From Acidobacteriota bacterium (GTDB taxonomy: Bacteria > Acidobacteriota > UBA6911 > RPQK01 > JADFOI01), in assembly GCA_963663035.1 (NCBI GenBank), contig OY760074.1, positions 1,984,001 to 2,048,000 of the forward strand: a stretch of 64,000 bases of DNA, given 5' to 3'. The translations under genes and the position numbers were made by a program. The notes under the pieces are model-generated. The model was not told where the DNA came from, did no database searches, and saw only the letters and a program-made list of their open reading frames with translations. This document shows, in pieces, positions 40,794 to 50,960 of the stretch; the stretch's first letter is position 1; each line of letters starts with the position of its first letter.

Positions 40794-41759
40794 TCATTTA
40801 AGGAAATCGACTGGAAGGTCTTCCGCCCTCTCGCCCAGGAGAATTCGGTGGAGGTTCAGGGCCGCGCGGCGGGCAAGGCGGTTTGCGTCTCCTTCCACAT
40901 CGAGTTTGTCCACTGATAGACTTGCCAACAAACCTCTCCTGACCTCACTCTGGCCCCAAAGTGAGAAACTGGGCAAGCGCCTCTCGATCAGGGCCTCCAC
41001 CAGACGATCGAAGTCCCCGGTTGGCAGCTGCAAAAGAGGGGACACATAGACCGCCTGGGCATCAGGCGGGATCGCCGCCAATGCTTCCTCCAGCGAGTCG
41101 CTCACCTGAACCATACTCAGTTCCAGACCCAGCGGGCTGAGTTCGCTTACGACGTTTTCGGGCAGTTGTGGAATGGCTTCCGTAAAGGCCGACATGGTGA
41201 AGATCGTCAGCTGTGAGAAGGGAACGATCTCACGGAATCTCGACGCCTCCCGCAGGAGATTGGCGCGGATGTCAACATAGCTGAGATTCTGGACCCCGCT
41301 CACACGGCTGCGCTCAACAGCCTCTTGCCCTGGAACTCTCCGTTCACGAATCTCATAAGGAATTTCCTGAAGTTCCGGTCTGATAATGTAGGGGGCGATG
41401 ACGGGCTTGGGCAGAGGGCCGCGGCGGGCCGCGTCGTTGGAGGTGAGGACACCCAAGGTCAGCACGTAGTCCACCTCTGGATCGGCCAGCAGGCGGTCGA
41501 TGACAGCTTTCACGCCGGCAGCCGTCCAGTCAGCCTGGAGACGTTTCTCAGGCGGAAATCGGACATCATATTCTGCCTGCAGCAGTTGAGTGATTTCCCG
41601 CTCAAAGGTGGTCCGGATCCTCTCATTCCGCTCCCAGGGACCGTCCACGGCAATACCGATCCGTACCAGGCGATTTTGTGCTTGTCTCGCCGAGGTGCTC
41701 ATACCACCCAGCACGGCGAATACAAGCAAGAAACGAATCAGCCCAAGGGTATAGGTCAT
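40794..41759 (-). CDS. Exported ABC-type substrate-binding-like protein, probably C-terminally truncated
   Basis: Signal peptide; LARRAALNLHRILLGE..DLPVDF near the end, where this fold usually continues (inference). Confidence 0.6.
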   Translation of the reverse strand: MTYTLGLIRFLLVFAVLGGMSTSARQAQNRLVRIGIAVDGPWERNERIRTTFEREITQLLQAEYDVRFPPEKRLQADWTAAGVKAVIDRLLADPEVDYVLTLGVLTSNDAARRGPLPKPVIAPYIIRPELQEIPYEIRERRVPGQEAVERSRVSGVQNLSYVDIRANLLREASRFREIVPFSQLTIFTMSAFTEAIPQLPENVVSELSPLGLELSMVQVSDSLEEALAAIPPDAQAVYVSPLLQLPTGDFDRLVEALIERRLPSFSLWGQSEVRRGLLASLSVDKLDVEGDANRLARRAALNLHRILLGERAEDLPVDFLK

Positions 41760-42001
41760 GAGTTGTCCTTCCCGTAGTCTCCCTTAAGATACTGTGTACA
41801 CTTTCGGATTACCGGACATGGAGGAGTTTTCCCAGACTGGCGATTGTATTGACGGTAGAAAACAGCGTCAAGGGATGCAGTTTTCCTCAGACAACAGACC
41901 GGAGGCAACACACAGTTGTCAGCTGTCAATGCTCAGTTCCCTATTGCCCTTTCTCTTCTCCCGCCTTATCATTCTATAGAGCTACAGGGGAGGGAACTTT
42001 C

Positions 42002-43729
42002 ATGGATTCAAAATCTTGGAGTAAAACTATGTCACTGATGCGATTTAGCCTGCTGTTTCTAGCTATCCTTATTATGACAGCCGCTCTGAGTGCGGTGAGC
42101 GCACAGGACTCAGACTTCGTTCCGGTCACTGACGCCGTCCTTGAAAATCCCGATCCAGGCGACTGGTTGAGGTGGCGCCGCGATCACAGCGCCAGCGGAT
42201 ACAGCCCTCTGGACCAGGTGAATCGCCAGAATGTTCAGAAATTGGCTTTGGCGTGGGCGTGGCCTATCGAAGAAGGGTCCCAGGAGCAGGAGCCCATCGT
42301 CCACAATGGAGTGATGTACCTTCCCCATCCCAATAACGTGGTACAGGCCCTCGATGCGCGAACGGGCGACCTGATCTGGGAATACCGTCGAGAGTTGCCA
42401 GAGGACGCCAGCAGAAGCGCCAGCCGCAATATCGCCATCTATCAGGATAAGATCTTTATGGGCACACTGGATGCTTACCTGGTTGCGCTGGATGCGAAGA
42501 CCGGGGGCGTTGTGTGGGAAACCAAAGTCTCCGACTATCAGCAGCGAGTCCGTTACTCGGCCGGGCCAATCGTGGCAGATGGCAGGGTCTTTGCAGGTCT
42601 GAGCTGCAATGTGGGTACTCCTTTACCCTGCTTCATGACCGCCCATGACGCGGCAACGGGGAAACAGTTGTGGCGAAGGGAGTCGATCGCCGGACCCGGA
42701 GATCCCGCAGAACACAACGCGACCTGGGGTGGTGTGCCTTATGAGGAGCGCAAGAAGGGCTCCTTCTGGCTGACCGGAAGCTACGATCCCGCTTTGAAGA
42801 TGCTCTACTGGACAACTGCCAGTGCTTATCCCTATCCGGAGATCCTCAAAGGAACGGGCGACGGTGAGGTGCTCTACACCAACTCATTGCTGGCCCTTGA
42901 TGCCGAAACCGGGGCCATCAAGTGGTTCTTCCAGATGCAGCCCCGTGACAATTTCGACATGGACCATCAGGATAACCCCATACTGGCCGACGTGGAGATC
43001 GGCGGAATTCAACGCAAGGTCGTATTCACACTGGGTAAACCCGGCATTCTGTGGGCTTTCGATCGGGAGACGGGAAGACATCTCTGGAACCGCCAGCTGG
43101 TGACCCACCAGAACATTTACCAGCACATCGATCCCGAGACGGGCGCTATCACCATGAACGAAAACATCATTCCCAAGGAGGTCAATACCTCTAAACTGGT
43201 CTGCCCGGGAATGCGTGGGGGGAAGCTCTTTCAGACCGACGCCTATAACCCCATAACGAATACTGTCTACAGCCCGGTCACCAATGAATGCATTGTCTTT
43301 GAGGTCCTGCCGCTGGACGTGAGTACCTCAGGACTCAATTACGGTCAAATCGAGCACATGCAAGGTTCTAACGGTAACGTGGGGAGGCTGGCTGCGGTTT
43401 CGGCTTCTACAGGCGAGCTGCTGTGGACGCATGATCAGCGCGCCGGCCTCGGCTCTGTCTTGACAACAGCGGGCAGATTGGTGTTTGTGGGTGATTTCTA
43501 TCGGCACTTCAAAGCCCTGGACGCCGAGACCGGCAAGGTCCTTTGGGAAGTTCCGCTCAACGGCCCGGTTACAGGCTATCCCATCAGCTATGCCGTAGAT
43601 GGGAAGCAATATGTGGCCATTGGGGCGGGATCAGGTACGGGTGGGCAGCGCCATATAAGCCAGTTGTCCCCCGAGCTGATTTCTCCTGGAGGAAGTAATA
43701 TTCTGATGGTTTTTGCGCTGAGCGAGTGA
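42002..43729 (+). CDS. PQQ-binding beta-propeller dehydrogenase-like protein (start uncertain: 42002, 42029 or 42038)
   Basis: Signal peptide, YSPLDQVN, repeated ALDAxTGxxxW docking motifs, PISYAVDGKQYVAI. Confidence 0.9.
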   Translation: MDSKSWSKTMSLMRFSLLFLAILIMTAALSAVSAQDSDFVPVTDAVLENPDPGDWLRWRRDHSASGYSPLDQVNRQNVQKLALAWAWPIEEGSQEQEPIVHNGVMYLPHPNNVVQALDARTGDLIWEYRRELPEDASRSASRNIAIYQDKIFMGTLDAYLVALDAKTGGVVWETKVSDYQQRVRYSAGPIVADGRVFAGLSCNVGTPLPCFMTAHDAATGKQLWRRESIAGPGDPAEHNATWGGVPYEERKKGSFWLTGSYDPALKMLYWTTASAYPYPEILKGTGDGEVLYTNSLLALDAETGAIKWFFQMQPRDNFDMDHQDNPILADVEIGGIQRKVVFTLGKPGILWAFDRETGRHLWNRQLVTHQNIYQHIDPETGAITMNENIIPKEVNTSKLVCPGMRGGKLFQTDAYNPITNTVYSPVTNECIVFEVLPLDVSTSGLNYGQIEHMQGSNGNVGRLAAVSASTGELLWTHDQRAGLGSVLTTAGRLVFVGDFYRHFKALDAETGKVLWEVPLNGPVTGYPISYAVDGKQYVAIGAGSGTGGQRHISQLSPELISPGGSNILMVFALSE

Positions 43730-43818
43730 TGCCAGCGGTCAAGTCGACAGGCCGAGTTCGGTTGAGCCTGTAGGCTGCAATCGAGTGTGCCCGCGCCAAA
43801 CTTACTCCACCTCACAGA

Positions 43819-45085
43819 TGACCTTGCCCCCTAAAACGAGTCCAGTTTGAATGTTAGGATTTCCGGTTTAGGAAGGAGGCAAGGATGGCAGGGAAGCGGT
43901 TTAGGGCAGAACAGATCATCATGAAGCTGCGTGAGGCAGAGGTGGGTCTGGCCCAAGGACAGAGGGTGGGACAGGTGTCGAAGCAGATGGGGGTGAGCGA
44001 GCAGACCTACTACCGGTGGCGCAAAGAGTACGGAGGGCTCCGGTTGGACCAGGCCAAGAGGTTGAAGGTGTTGGAGAAGGAGAATACCCGGTTGAAGAAG
44101 CTGGTGGCGGATCTGTCTTTGGACAAGCAGATCCTGAAGGAAGTGTCCTCGGGAAACTTCTAGGCCCGGCGAACAGGAGACGAGCGGTGATGTGGGTACG
44201 AGAGCGATTAGGAGCAGAGCGAGTCTCCGAACGTCGGGCCTGCCAAGTGCTGGGACAGGTTCGATCGACCCAGCGAAGGGAAAGGCAAATTCCCGATGAT
44301 GAGGCCCGATTGGTGGCCCGGATGGTGGAGTTGGCTACGCAATACGGGCGTTATGGCTACCGGCGGGTCACGGCGATACTTCATGGGGAAGGGTGGAAGG
44401 TGAATCCTAAGCGGGTGGAGAGGCTGTGGAGACAAGAAGGGCTGAAAGTCCCGTCCAGACAGCCGAAACGAAGGAGGCTGTGGCTTAATGACGGTTCCTG
44501 TGTTCGGTTACGAGCGGCTCGCAAGAACCACGTCTGGAGCTATGATTTCGTGCATGAACGGACCCATGATGGGCGAGCCTTTCGGCTATTGACGATCCTG
44601 GATGAGTACACCAGAGAGTGCCTCGCCATTGATGTGAAACGGCAGATGAATCACCAAGACGTGTTGGACCGGCTGGCGGAGTTATTCGTTGATCGGGGAG
44701 TGCCTGAGTTTATCCGGTCCGATAACGGATCGGAGTTTACGGCACAGGCGGTCCGGGACTGGCTGCAGGCTGTTGGGGTAAGGACCTTGTACATCGAGCC
44801 GGGCAGCCCCTGGGAGAATGGGTACATTGAGAGTTTCAACGGGAAACTACGGGATGAGCTGCTGAACATGGAGATCTTCGACACGCTGGGGGAAGCCAAG
44901 GTGTTGGTAGAACGCTGGCGGAGGGATTACAATCAGATCCGGCCTCACAGCGCCTTGGCCTATCGGCCGCCGGCGCCAGAGGCCAAACTACCTAGGTCGC
45001 AGGCACTGGATCCAATCCCTTGGAGTGGACTTCAAATGGTCCCGGGTCTAGCATAGAGGGTGGACTCGTTCGTGGGGGCAGGTCA
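43819..45085 (+). mobile_element. IS3-family element, copy 3 (opposite orientation to copies 1 and 2)
   Basis: orfA 43885-44163, orfB ending 45056, G-GGA-AAC slippery heptamer just before the orfA stop (-1 frameshift). Flanks CAGA and CCTC do not match each other. Confidence 0.95.
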
Positions 45086-45232
45086 CCTCCCTTTGGCAAT
45101 GAGTTCGTTTGTGGGTTCCGGGGGTGGCGGTGGTTTGCAGCCTGCCAGTGTCATCAAGCCAAGGCATGCGGGGAGAATGGCTGTCAGGAGTAGATGAATT
45201 CTAGGAAAGGCAAACCACTTCATGCTTTTCAT
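45086..45232 (-). pseudogene. 5' part (49 codons, lipoprotein signal) of the di-heme cytochrome c gene continued at 22958
   Basis: AAGGGGG RBS then MKSMKWFAFPRIHLLLTAILPACLGLMTLAGCKPPPPPEPTNELIAKGR; LAGC lipobox; ends in GAGG at the IS boundary. Confidence 0.88.
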
Positions 45233-45349
45233 TGCTTCCCCCTTTTCAGTTTGGGTCTACGGGGGCCGGACAGTATCACAGAACCCCAGGTAAGTACCAT
45301 CTTCTGTGTCAACTGGGTTGCGAACGATTACGGTCCAAGGACTTCGCCC

Positions 45350-46842
45350 GTTGCCTCACGTAAAAATCTATTCGAAAGGGTATTGGTTGCCTCATTTAAA
45401 ATCTATCCGAAAGGGATTGCAGGAAGGGGTGGAAAAAAGCACCAGCCAGAGGAGTGGCAAAGTCTTGTTCAACACCCGCAGCCTGTAGCCAGAGAAAGAT
45501 TTTCACATCCAGCCCGCTTCGCATCGTTTCTTCTGTTCAGGAGTCAGTTTGAGTAAAAGGCAATTCTGAAACCAGCCGATCTGCCGTGCCAGCTGGGCTG
45601 GATTGAGCTCCTCATACTCTTGGGCCAGTTCCCGCTTGATCTTGTCCGCCACCTCAGGGGACTGGCAGATCCGCCGGTAGGGAGTTTTCGGAACATCATA
45701 CGTTTTCCAGATCCGAGACCCTCGAGGTTGCTTGGCCACCATCTTCATGACCGGCTTGAAAAAGTTGATCTGCAGTCGCAGCCGATCGTACAACTCGTTG
45801 CCCAGTTCCAGTTCTCGCTCTCCCTCGTAGCGAGCATAACCCACGGCCCGCCGAACCACCGAATAGTTTTTCTGTTCCACATAAGGGTTGTCATTCTTGC
45901 GGGAGGGGCGGGTGCGGGTGAAGGTGATCTTGTGCTGCTCACAAAAACGAATCAAGTGTGGGTTGATGAACTCGCCGCCGTTGTCCGAAGCGATCCCCAG
46001 CCAGGGGAAAGGCGAGCGCTTCTCAAGCAGTTTCATGGCTTCCAGGACCCACACCTGGGCCTTATTGCGCACCGCTCGCACCTCCGTCCAGCCCGTGTAC
46101 ACATCCGTTACATCCAGGGTTTGACAGTAATCCCCCCGCCCTATGCCTCCCTCATGGCCCACCAGGTCCACTTCCACAAAACCGGGGCGATCCTCTTGCC
46201 AGTCGGCGAAACGCTTGATCGGAATCTGATGTTTGAGCAGCGTCCCCGGCTTGGTCCCGGATCGCCCCTTGAGCTGATGCTTGCGCCTCTCGGGCGCCAG
46301 CAGCCGATCGATGGTGGCGGCGCTGATCTGGATCAACCGCTCTCGTGTCCTGGCATCCACTTTCAGCTCCCCATGTCTTTCTAAAATCGGCACCACTTCC
46401 GGCAAAATGGCCACCAGACGTTTCCCACACAAATAGTCCAGTATCTTCCAGATGATCTTGAGCGCCTCCACAACTTTCTGGTCGTATTTGCGGGCCCGCT
46501 GCCCACCAGCTTTCTTCCGGATGTCTCCCACCGCCACTACTTTGGGGCTCAACCAAATCCGCTTGCCCTGGTGGCGAAGCAGATAGGCCCCATAGCAGCG
46601 GTTGTATCCCGTCATCTCGGTAAACTCCGTCAGCACTTCTCCCTTTACCTTCTTGCGCTTCTTCCGGTAGCGGGGGGCAAAGCTTTTGATCAAGACACCC
46701 TTTTCGCTCATCGTTAACCTCATGGGTGCCCTCCATTCCTTCTTGGAGGACACTTCTATTCCCCTGCCTACGCACAGGCCATTTCGAATAGATTTTTAAA
46801 TGAGGCAACGTATCCATTTCGAATAGATTTTTGATGAGGCAA
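45350..46842 (-). mobile_element. ISNCY-like element with rve DDE transposase (45503-46723) and paired subterminal repeats; exact ends uncertain
   Basis: EVDLVGH, SDNGGEF, NDNPYVEQKN. Motif TTGCCTCA-N-AAAATCTATTCGAAA occurs twice at each end in inverted orientation. Confidence 0.8.
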
Positions 46843-46919
46843 TTCGCTCTTGACGAATTTATCGAGTCGCTGCCAGAATACACCGCAGGTGGAAGACCCG
46901 GTGAAGAAAGGAGGTAAAC

Positions 46920-47986
46920 ATGGCAATCAACCGGGTCAAAAAGAGAGGAAAAGAACGTATTGAGGTCCGCAAGCGGTGGCCGGATGGCACAGAGTTTCGC
47001 CGCTTCTTTAGCAGCATGACAGTAGCAAAGCAGGCACTGGCGAAGATTGAGGGAACTATTGTATTGGAACGTGGCGTGAAACGCGCGAGGACCTAGCTCG
47101 AGGGCCAGAACCTGGTGCAGTAACGTTTGAGAAATTCTCAGACCGGTTCTTGGAGGAATACGCGAAGGTCCGCTGCCGTTCTTGGAAACGCTATGAATTG
47201 TCGCTCCGCACCATGAAGCGGTATTTTGGAAAAATCGAGCTCGAGGAATTCACGCGGCATCACCTTCACAGCTACGTTCAGAAACGCTCGCGGGAGGTTA
47301 GTGCTGCCTCCGTCAATCGAGATATTGCGTGTGTCAAGAAGCTTTTCAGCTACGCATACGAGCTTGGAACTGTCGAGAATCACCCGCTGTTTCGTTTTCC
47401 GCTTCTACCAGAGCGTGAGAAAAGCCGGCGCATTTTGACGGTGGAAGAGTTTCGTCGCCTAGTCGAAGCAATGCCCAACACTGTCATGGCCGCTTATGTG
47501 GCTCTGCTAGGCGAGGCTGGGCTACGGAAGAGTGAGGCTCTGCACCTTAAGTGGTCAAATATCGATCTTAGAGAAAGGCTAGTCATTCCAGAGAAGACCA
47601 AAAGCAACAAAGTACGCATGATTCCGCTGTCCGACTATGCGCTTGAGTGGATGTCGAAACTCATACGCTACGTTCACTGCCCGCACGTCTTTGTCAATCC
47701 TCTAACGGGACGACGTCTTATCAGTCCCGACAAGACCTTCAGACAAGCTGCTGAAGCTGCAGGATTCCAAGGGCTTGGCTTTCACGACCTACGAGTTTTT
47801 CGTGGAACACAGTGGAACCGTATGGGGGTGGATCTCAGAACGATTCAGCAGATGCTGGGGCACTCTGACATCAAAACGACCATGCGGTACGTCAGATATC
47901 TCGATAAGGCATTGGTCGAAGTTAGGCAGGCCCAAGCGAATGAGACCTCAGCAGCGGGTGACAAACGGGTGACAAGGCTTCAATGA
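46920..47986 (+). pseudogene. Tyrosine recombinase/integrase with a single-base frameshift near 47066
   Basis: AAGGAGGT RBS and ATG 46920; frame changes at GTATTGGAACGTGG to join ORF 47150-47986; catalytic motifs GLRKSE, KSNK, HDLR, LGH, TMRY. Confidence 0.85.
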
Positions 47987-48031
47987 CGGCCAGGGAAATT
48001 CTGAGAATCCGCGTAAGTCATTGAAAAGAAA

Positions 48032-48109
<78 letters not shown>

Positions 48110-48209
48110 ATTAAGGTTTTCGGGGGAATTATCTCACGCTTGTGTGTGGATCTGTAGAAGAAGTAGACTGTCCCCAATTTCCGCTGAGAAACACGTCAGG
48201 GGAGTAGCG

Positions 48210-48680
48210 ATGGAAAAAGAGGTTCCAGATAACGCAGGTGTGATTGCACCTCCTCCGTTGATCTATGGCGTGGCTTTTTTGCTGGGAAGCCTGAGCCATT
48301 TCATGTTTCCGATTTCTTTTCTGCCCACGAACCTGGCCCGCTGGCTGGGAGTCCCGTTGATGTTGGCGGCAGGCTTGATCGTAGCAACAGCATTTCGTGC
48401 ACTCGGACGTGCCAAAACGACCTTTGATGTTCGAAAACCGACCACCACCATTGTCGCCGAAGGTCCCTTCCGATACAGCCGCAATCCGATGTATCTCTCA
48501 CTGACGTTGCTCTATATGGGACTCGCTGTGCTGATCAATTCCCTGTGGATACTTCTCCTTCTCTTGCCGGTAATGATCGTAATCCAGAATAGTGTGGTAA
48601 AACGGGAAGAGCAGTATCTGGAACGAAAGTTTGGAGAAACCTACCTGCGCTACAAGGCTCAGGTTCGACGTTGGATTTAG
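48210..48680 (+). CDS. Isoprenylcysteine carboxylmethyltransferase-family membrane protein
   Basis: PPPLIY, GPFRYSRNPMY, EEQYLERKFG, YKAQVRRWI; GGGGAG RBS. Confidence 0.9.
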   Translation: MEKEVPDNAGVIAPPPLIYGVAFLLGSLSHFMFPISFLPTNLARWLGVPLMLAAGLIVATAFRALGRAKTTFDVRKPTTTIVAEGPFRYSRNPMYLSLTLLYMGLAVLINSLWILLLLLPVMIVIQNSVVKREEQYLERKFGETYLRYKAQVRRWI

Positions 48681-48691
48681 TCACGTCTCTA

Positions 48692-50866
48692 CTACTTCGC
48701 GAGCGGGTCGGGGCGAAGCTGGAAGTGTACGACCTTGCTGGTCGTCCCGGTGCCGGTTTCCATGTGGAAAGGTGCTCGGGTGCTCACCGTCGTCCAGAGC
48801 CCCTTGCCTTTCCAGCCGGCATCGGGATCATCGATGCGGCCGTCCATCCACTTGGTGTAGAACCCGAGCGGATAGGGCACCCGCATCACAACCCACTCCC
48901 CGTCCTTCAAGGCCAGCAGCCCTTCGGACCCATTGCCGGTATTGATGGGCACGTTTGTGCCCAACCCCAAGGTGTCGAACTGATCCACCCAGGTGTAGTA
49001 GCTGGCCTCGGCGCCACCAGAATCGGTCAGGCCTTTGAGTTGCGGTAACGGCTCCGGATAGAAGGTCCAGCCTTCCGGGCAGTGCTGCCCGGTCGCGGTG
49101 GGCCCATTGAGCGGCCCCGTGCACTTGCTGCGGTCGAAGCTGGCCATGTGCCCGCTGGCCAGGGGCGCCCAGACGACTCCGTTGCGGTCGATGTCCATGC
49201 CGCGCGGAGAGTACCCTTGTACGGGCGCCTCGGGGTTGCCCCAGGGCAGCTCGTAGAGTTCCGTTATCGCGGTCTCCGGGGGGTTGGGCCCCGGGTCCAG
49301 CCGCATAACCGAGCCGGGAAAGCCTAACGAAGATCCCCAGATCGATCCGTCGACGGGGTTCACGGCAACGCCGTAGTAGCCAGCTCTGATCCGTTTGTCC
49401 TTGCTGGGATCGATTGGCTCGTCGGGCTCCACATAGTCGTCCCGTTGGCCGTTCCCGTTGGTATCGAGGATGAGCGCGGTCCAGCCCTGCGACTTCTCCT
49501 CATCGCCGGTCTCGTCAAACATCTTCGTGTTCAGCCAGCCGATGACCTGGCCGCCACCGCTGGTCCACAGCGTGTGGTTGTCATCCTCTGCAAACACCAG
49601 GTGGTGCGTACTGAAACAGGTGCTCACGAGCGTGAACTGCTCGGTTGCCGGATCGTACACGGAGACGTGGCGGCGGGCCCTGGCAACCGGGAACAGCTTC
49701 GCCGACGGATGGTCCGACCCCTCCTTGCAGAAGGCCGGATTCTCACTGGGGCGAACTGTCGAGGTGAGCCAGACCCGCCCCTTGTGATCGAGCATCGGAT
49801 TGTGGGCGTTGCCACGACTGGTCCAGATCGCTTCCTCCCCCCAGTAGGGTGACGGCTCCAGCGGCGGCCCGGCCGCAATCGGGGTCTCCGGATCGCGAAC
49901 CGGCAGCTTCACCTGGCTCGCCGTGTGACTCACCGGATCCAGGACGGGCACGTAATCCGCGCTGGCCTCGAGGGCTCCGTAGATCGGGCCATTGGCGTTG
50001 ACGGTGGGATTCCGCTTGTCGGTGGAAATCTCATCGTGGAGGTAGGCCTTGGGGTCGGCCCAGTCCCACTGGGTGATGACGACGTTTCGCTCCACGCCTT
50101 GCGGTCTGGGCGGCGCTGGCGGCACTTCCCCGTCGGTGATCCGACGGGTCCAGTCCGCAAACACTTCCAGCGCCCTCTGCCGACCCAGCCTGTTGAGCCC
50201 GTTGTTCATGCTGCCCCCAGCTTGTCCGGACTGGATGCGCCGATCCCAGGCGGCCTCCAGGGAATCGAACTCGCCAAGCTCAGCGGGGATCTCCCGCGTG
50301 GCCTTGTTGCCCAGTTGATGACAGGCCATGCACCCACCCGACTTGAGGTTCCTAATCCACTCGGCCTGGCTTTCCATGTTTGGCGAGATGCCATTACCCT
50401 GGGGCCCCGTGCCCGGGAATTCGTCTTTCTCCGGCACCTGGATCAGGGAGAACCAGGACCCGGCCGGGTAGTACTCCGCCGCCGCCTGCGGGTCGGGCGC
50501 CGTGACGGCACTCAGGTTCAGAATCTCGCCTGGCGCGGTCTGAACTTTCGGCGAATCCACCAATCCGTAGCCGCGCACCCACACGTCGTAGTTGGCTGTG
50601 GGAAGGTCGGGCATCACATAGTTCCCCTGATCGTCGGTGACCACGATCTTGACAAACCTGGTGGGTAAGTCAGTCGTCTCGGCGATCACCCAAACCCCAG
50701 CTTCCGGCCCCGTCTCGCTGGTGACCACCCCGCCCAGGTCATCGTTGTCGATGGAAATCGCTTGGTCGGTCGTTTGACAGGCGCTCATCCCGGCCAGCGA
50801 GACAGCCAGGAAAACGGCGATGCCAACATAGAAAATGTCTGGATGCGAAACTCTTTTGGTCCCCAT
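48692..50866 (-). CDS. Lipoprotein with carboxypeptidase-regulatory-like domain, one c-type heme motif and a probable beta-propeller C-terminus
   Basis: MSAC lipobox-like, GPEAGVWVIAET, VWVRGYGLVDS, CMACH; GC-rich relative to its neighbours. Confidence 0.8.
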   Translation of the reverse strand: MGTKRVSHPDIFYVGIAVFLAVSLAGMSACQTTDQAISIDNDDLGGVVTSETGPEAGVWVIAETTDLPTRFVKIVVTDDQGNYVMPDLPTANYDVWVRGYGLVDSPKVQTAPGEILNLSAVTAPDPQAAAEYYPAGSWFSLIQVPEKDEFPGTGPQGNGISPNMESQAEWIRNLKSGGCMACHQLGNKATREIPAELGEFDSLEAAWDRRIQSGQAGGSMNNGLNRLGRQRALEVFADWTRRITDGEVPPAPPRPQGVERNVVITQWDWADPKAYLHDEISTDKRNPTVNANGPIYGALEASADYVPVLDPVSHTASQVKLPVRDPETPIAAGPPLEPSPYWGEEAIWTSRGNAHNPMLDHKGRVWLTSTVRPSENPAFCKEGSDHPSAKLFPVARARRHVSVYDPATEQFTLVSTCFSTHHLVFAEDDNHTLWTSGGGQVIGWLNTKMFDETGDEEKSQGWTALILDTNGNGQRDDYVEPDEPIDPSKDKRIRAGYYGVAVNPVDGSIWGSSLGFPGSVMRLDPGPNPPETAITELYELPWGNPEAPVQGYSPRGMDIDRNGVVWAPLASGHMASFDRSKCTGPLNGPTATGQHCPEGWTFYPEPLPQLKGLTDSGGAEASYYTWVDQFDTLGLGTNVPINTGNGSEGLLALKDGEWVVMRVPYPLGFYTKWMDGRIDDPDAGWKGKGLWTTVSTRAPFHMETGTGTTSKVVHFQLRPDPLAK

Positions 50867-50960
50867 GATCCCCTCCCCTTAACCTCTTTTAGTAGTCAGA
50901 TTTTTCTCGATGCTATTGTAGCGTCCGCTCTGTGAGCGGACAAATCAAAAGCAGAAATGT

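Noticed and set aside
44016-44150. ORF-track start of IS3 orfB (also in copies 1 and 2)
   Set aside because: Overlaps orfA out of frame; OrfAB is expected from a -1 frameshift at G-GGA-AAC.
45350-46842. CRISPR array or iterons
   Set aside because: Only two repeats per side with about 5-bp spacers, inverted around a transposase; no cas or rep gene. No CRISPR array was seen anywhere in the window.
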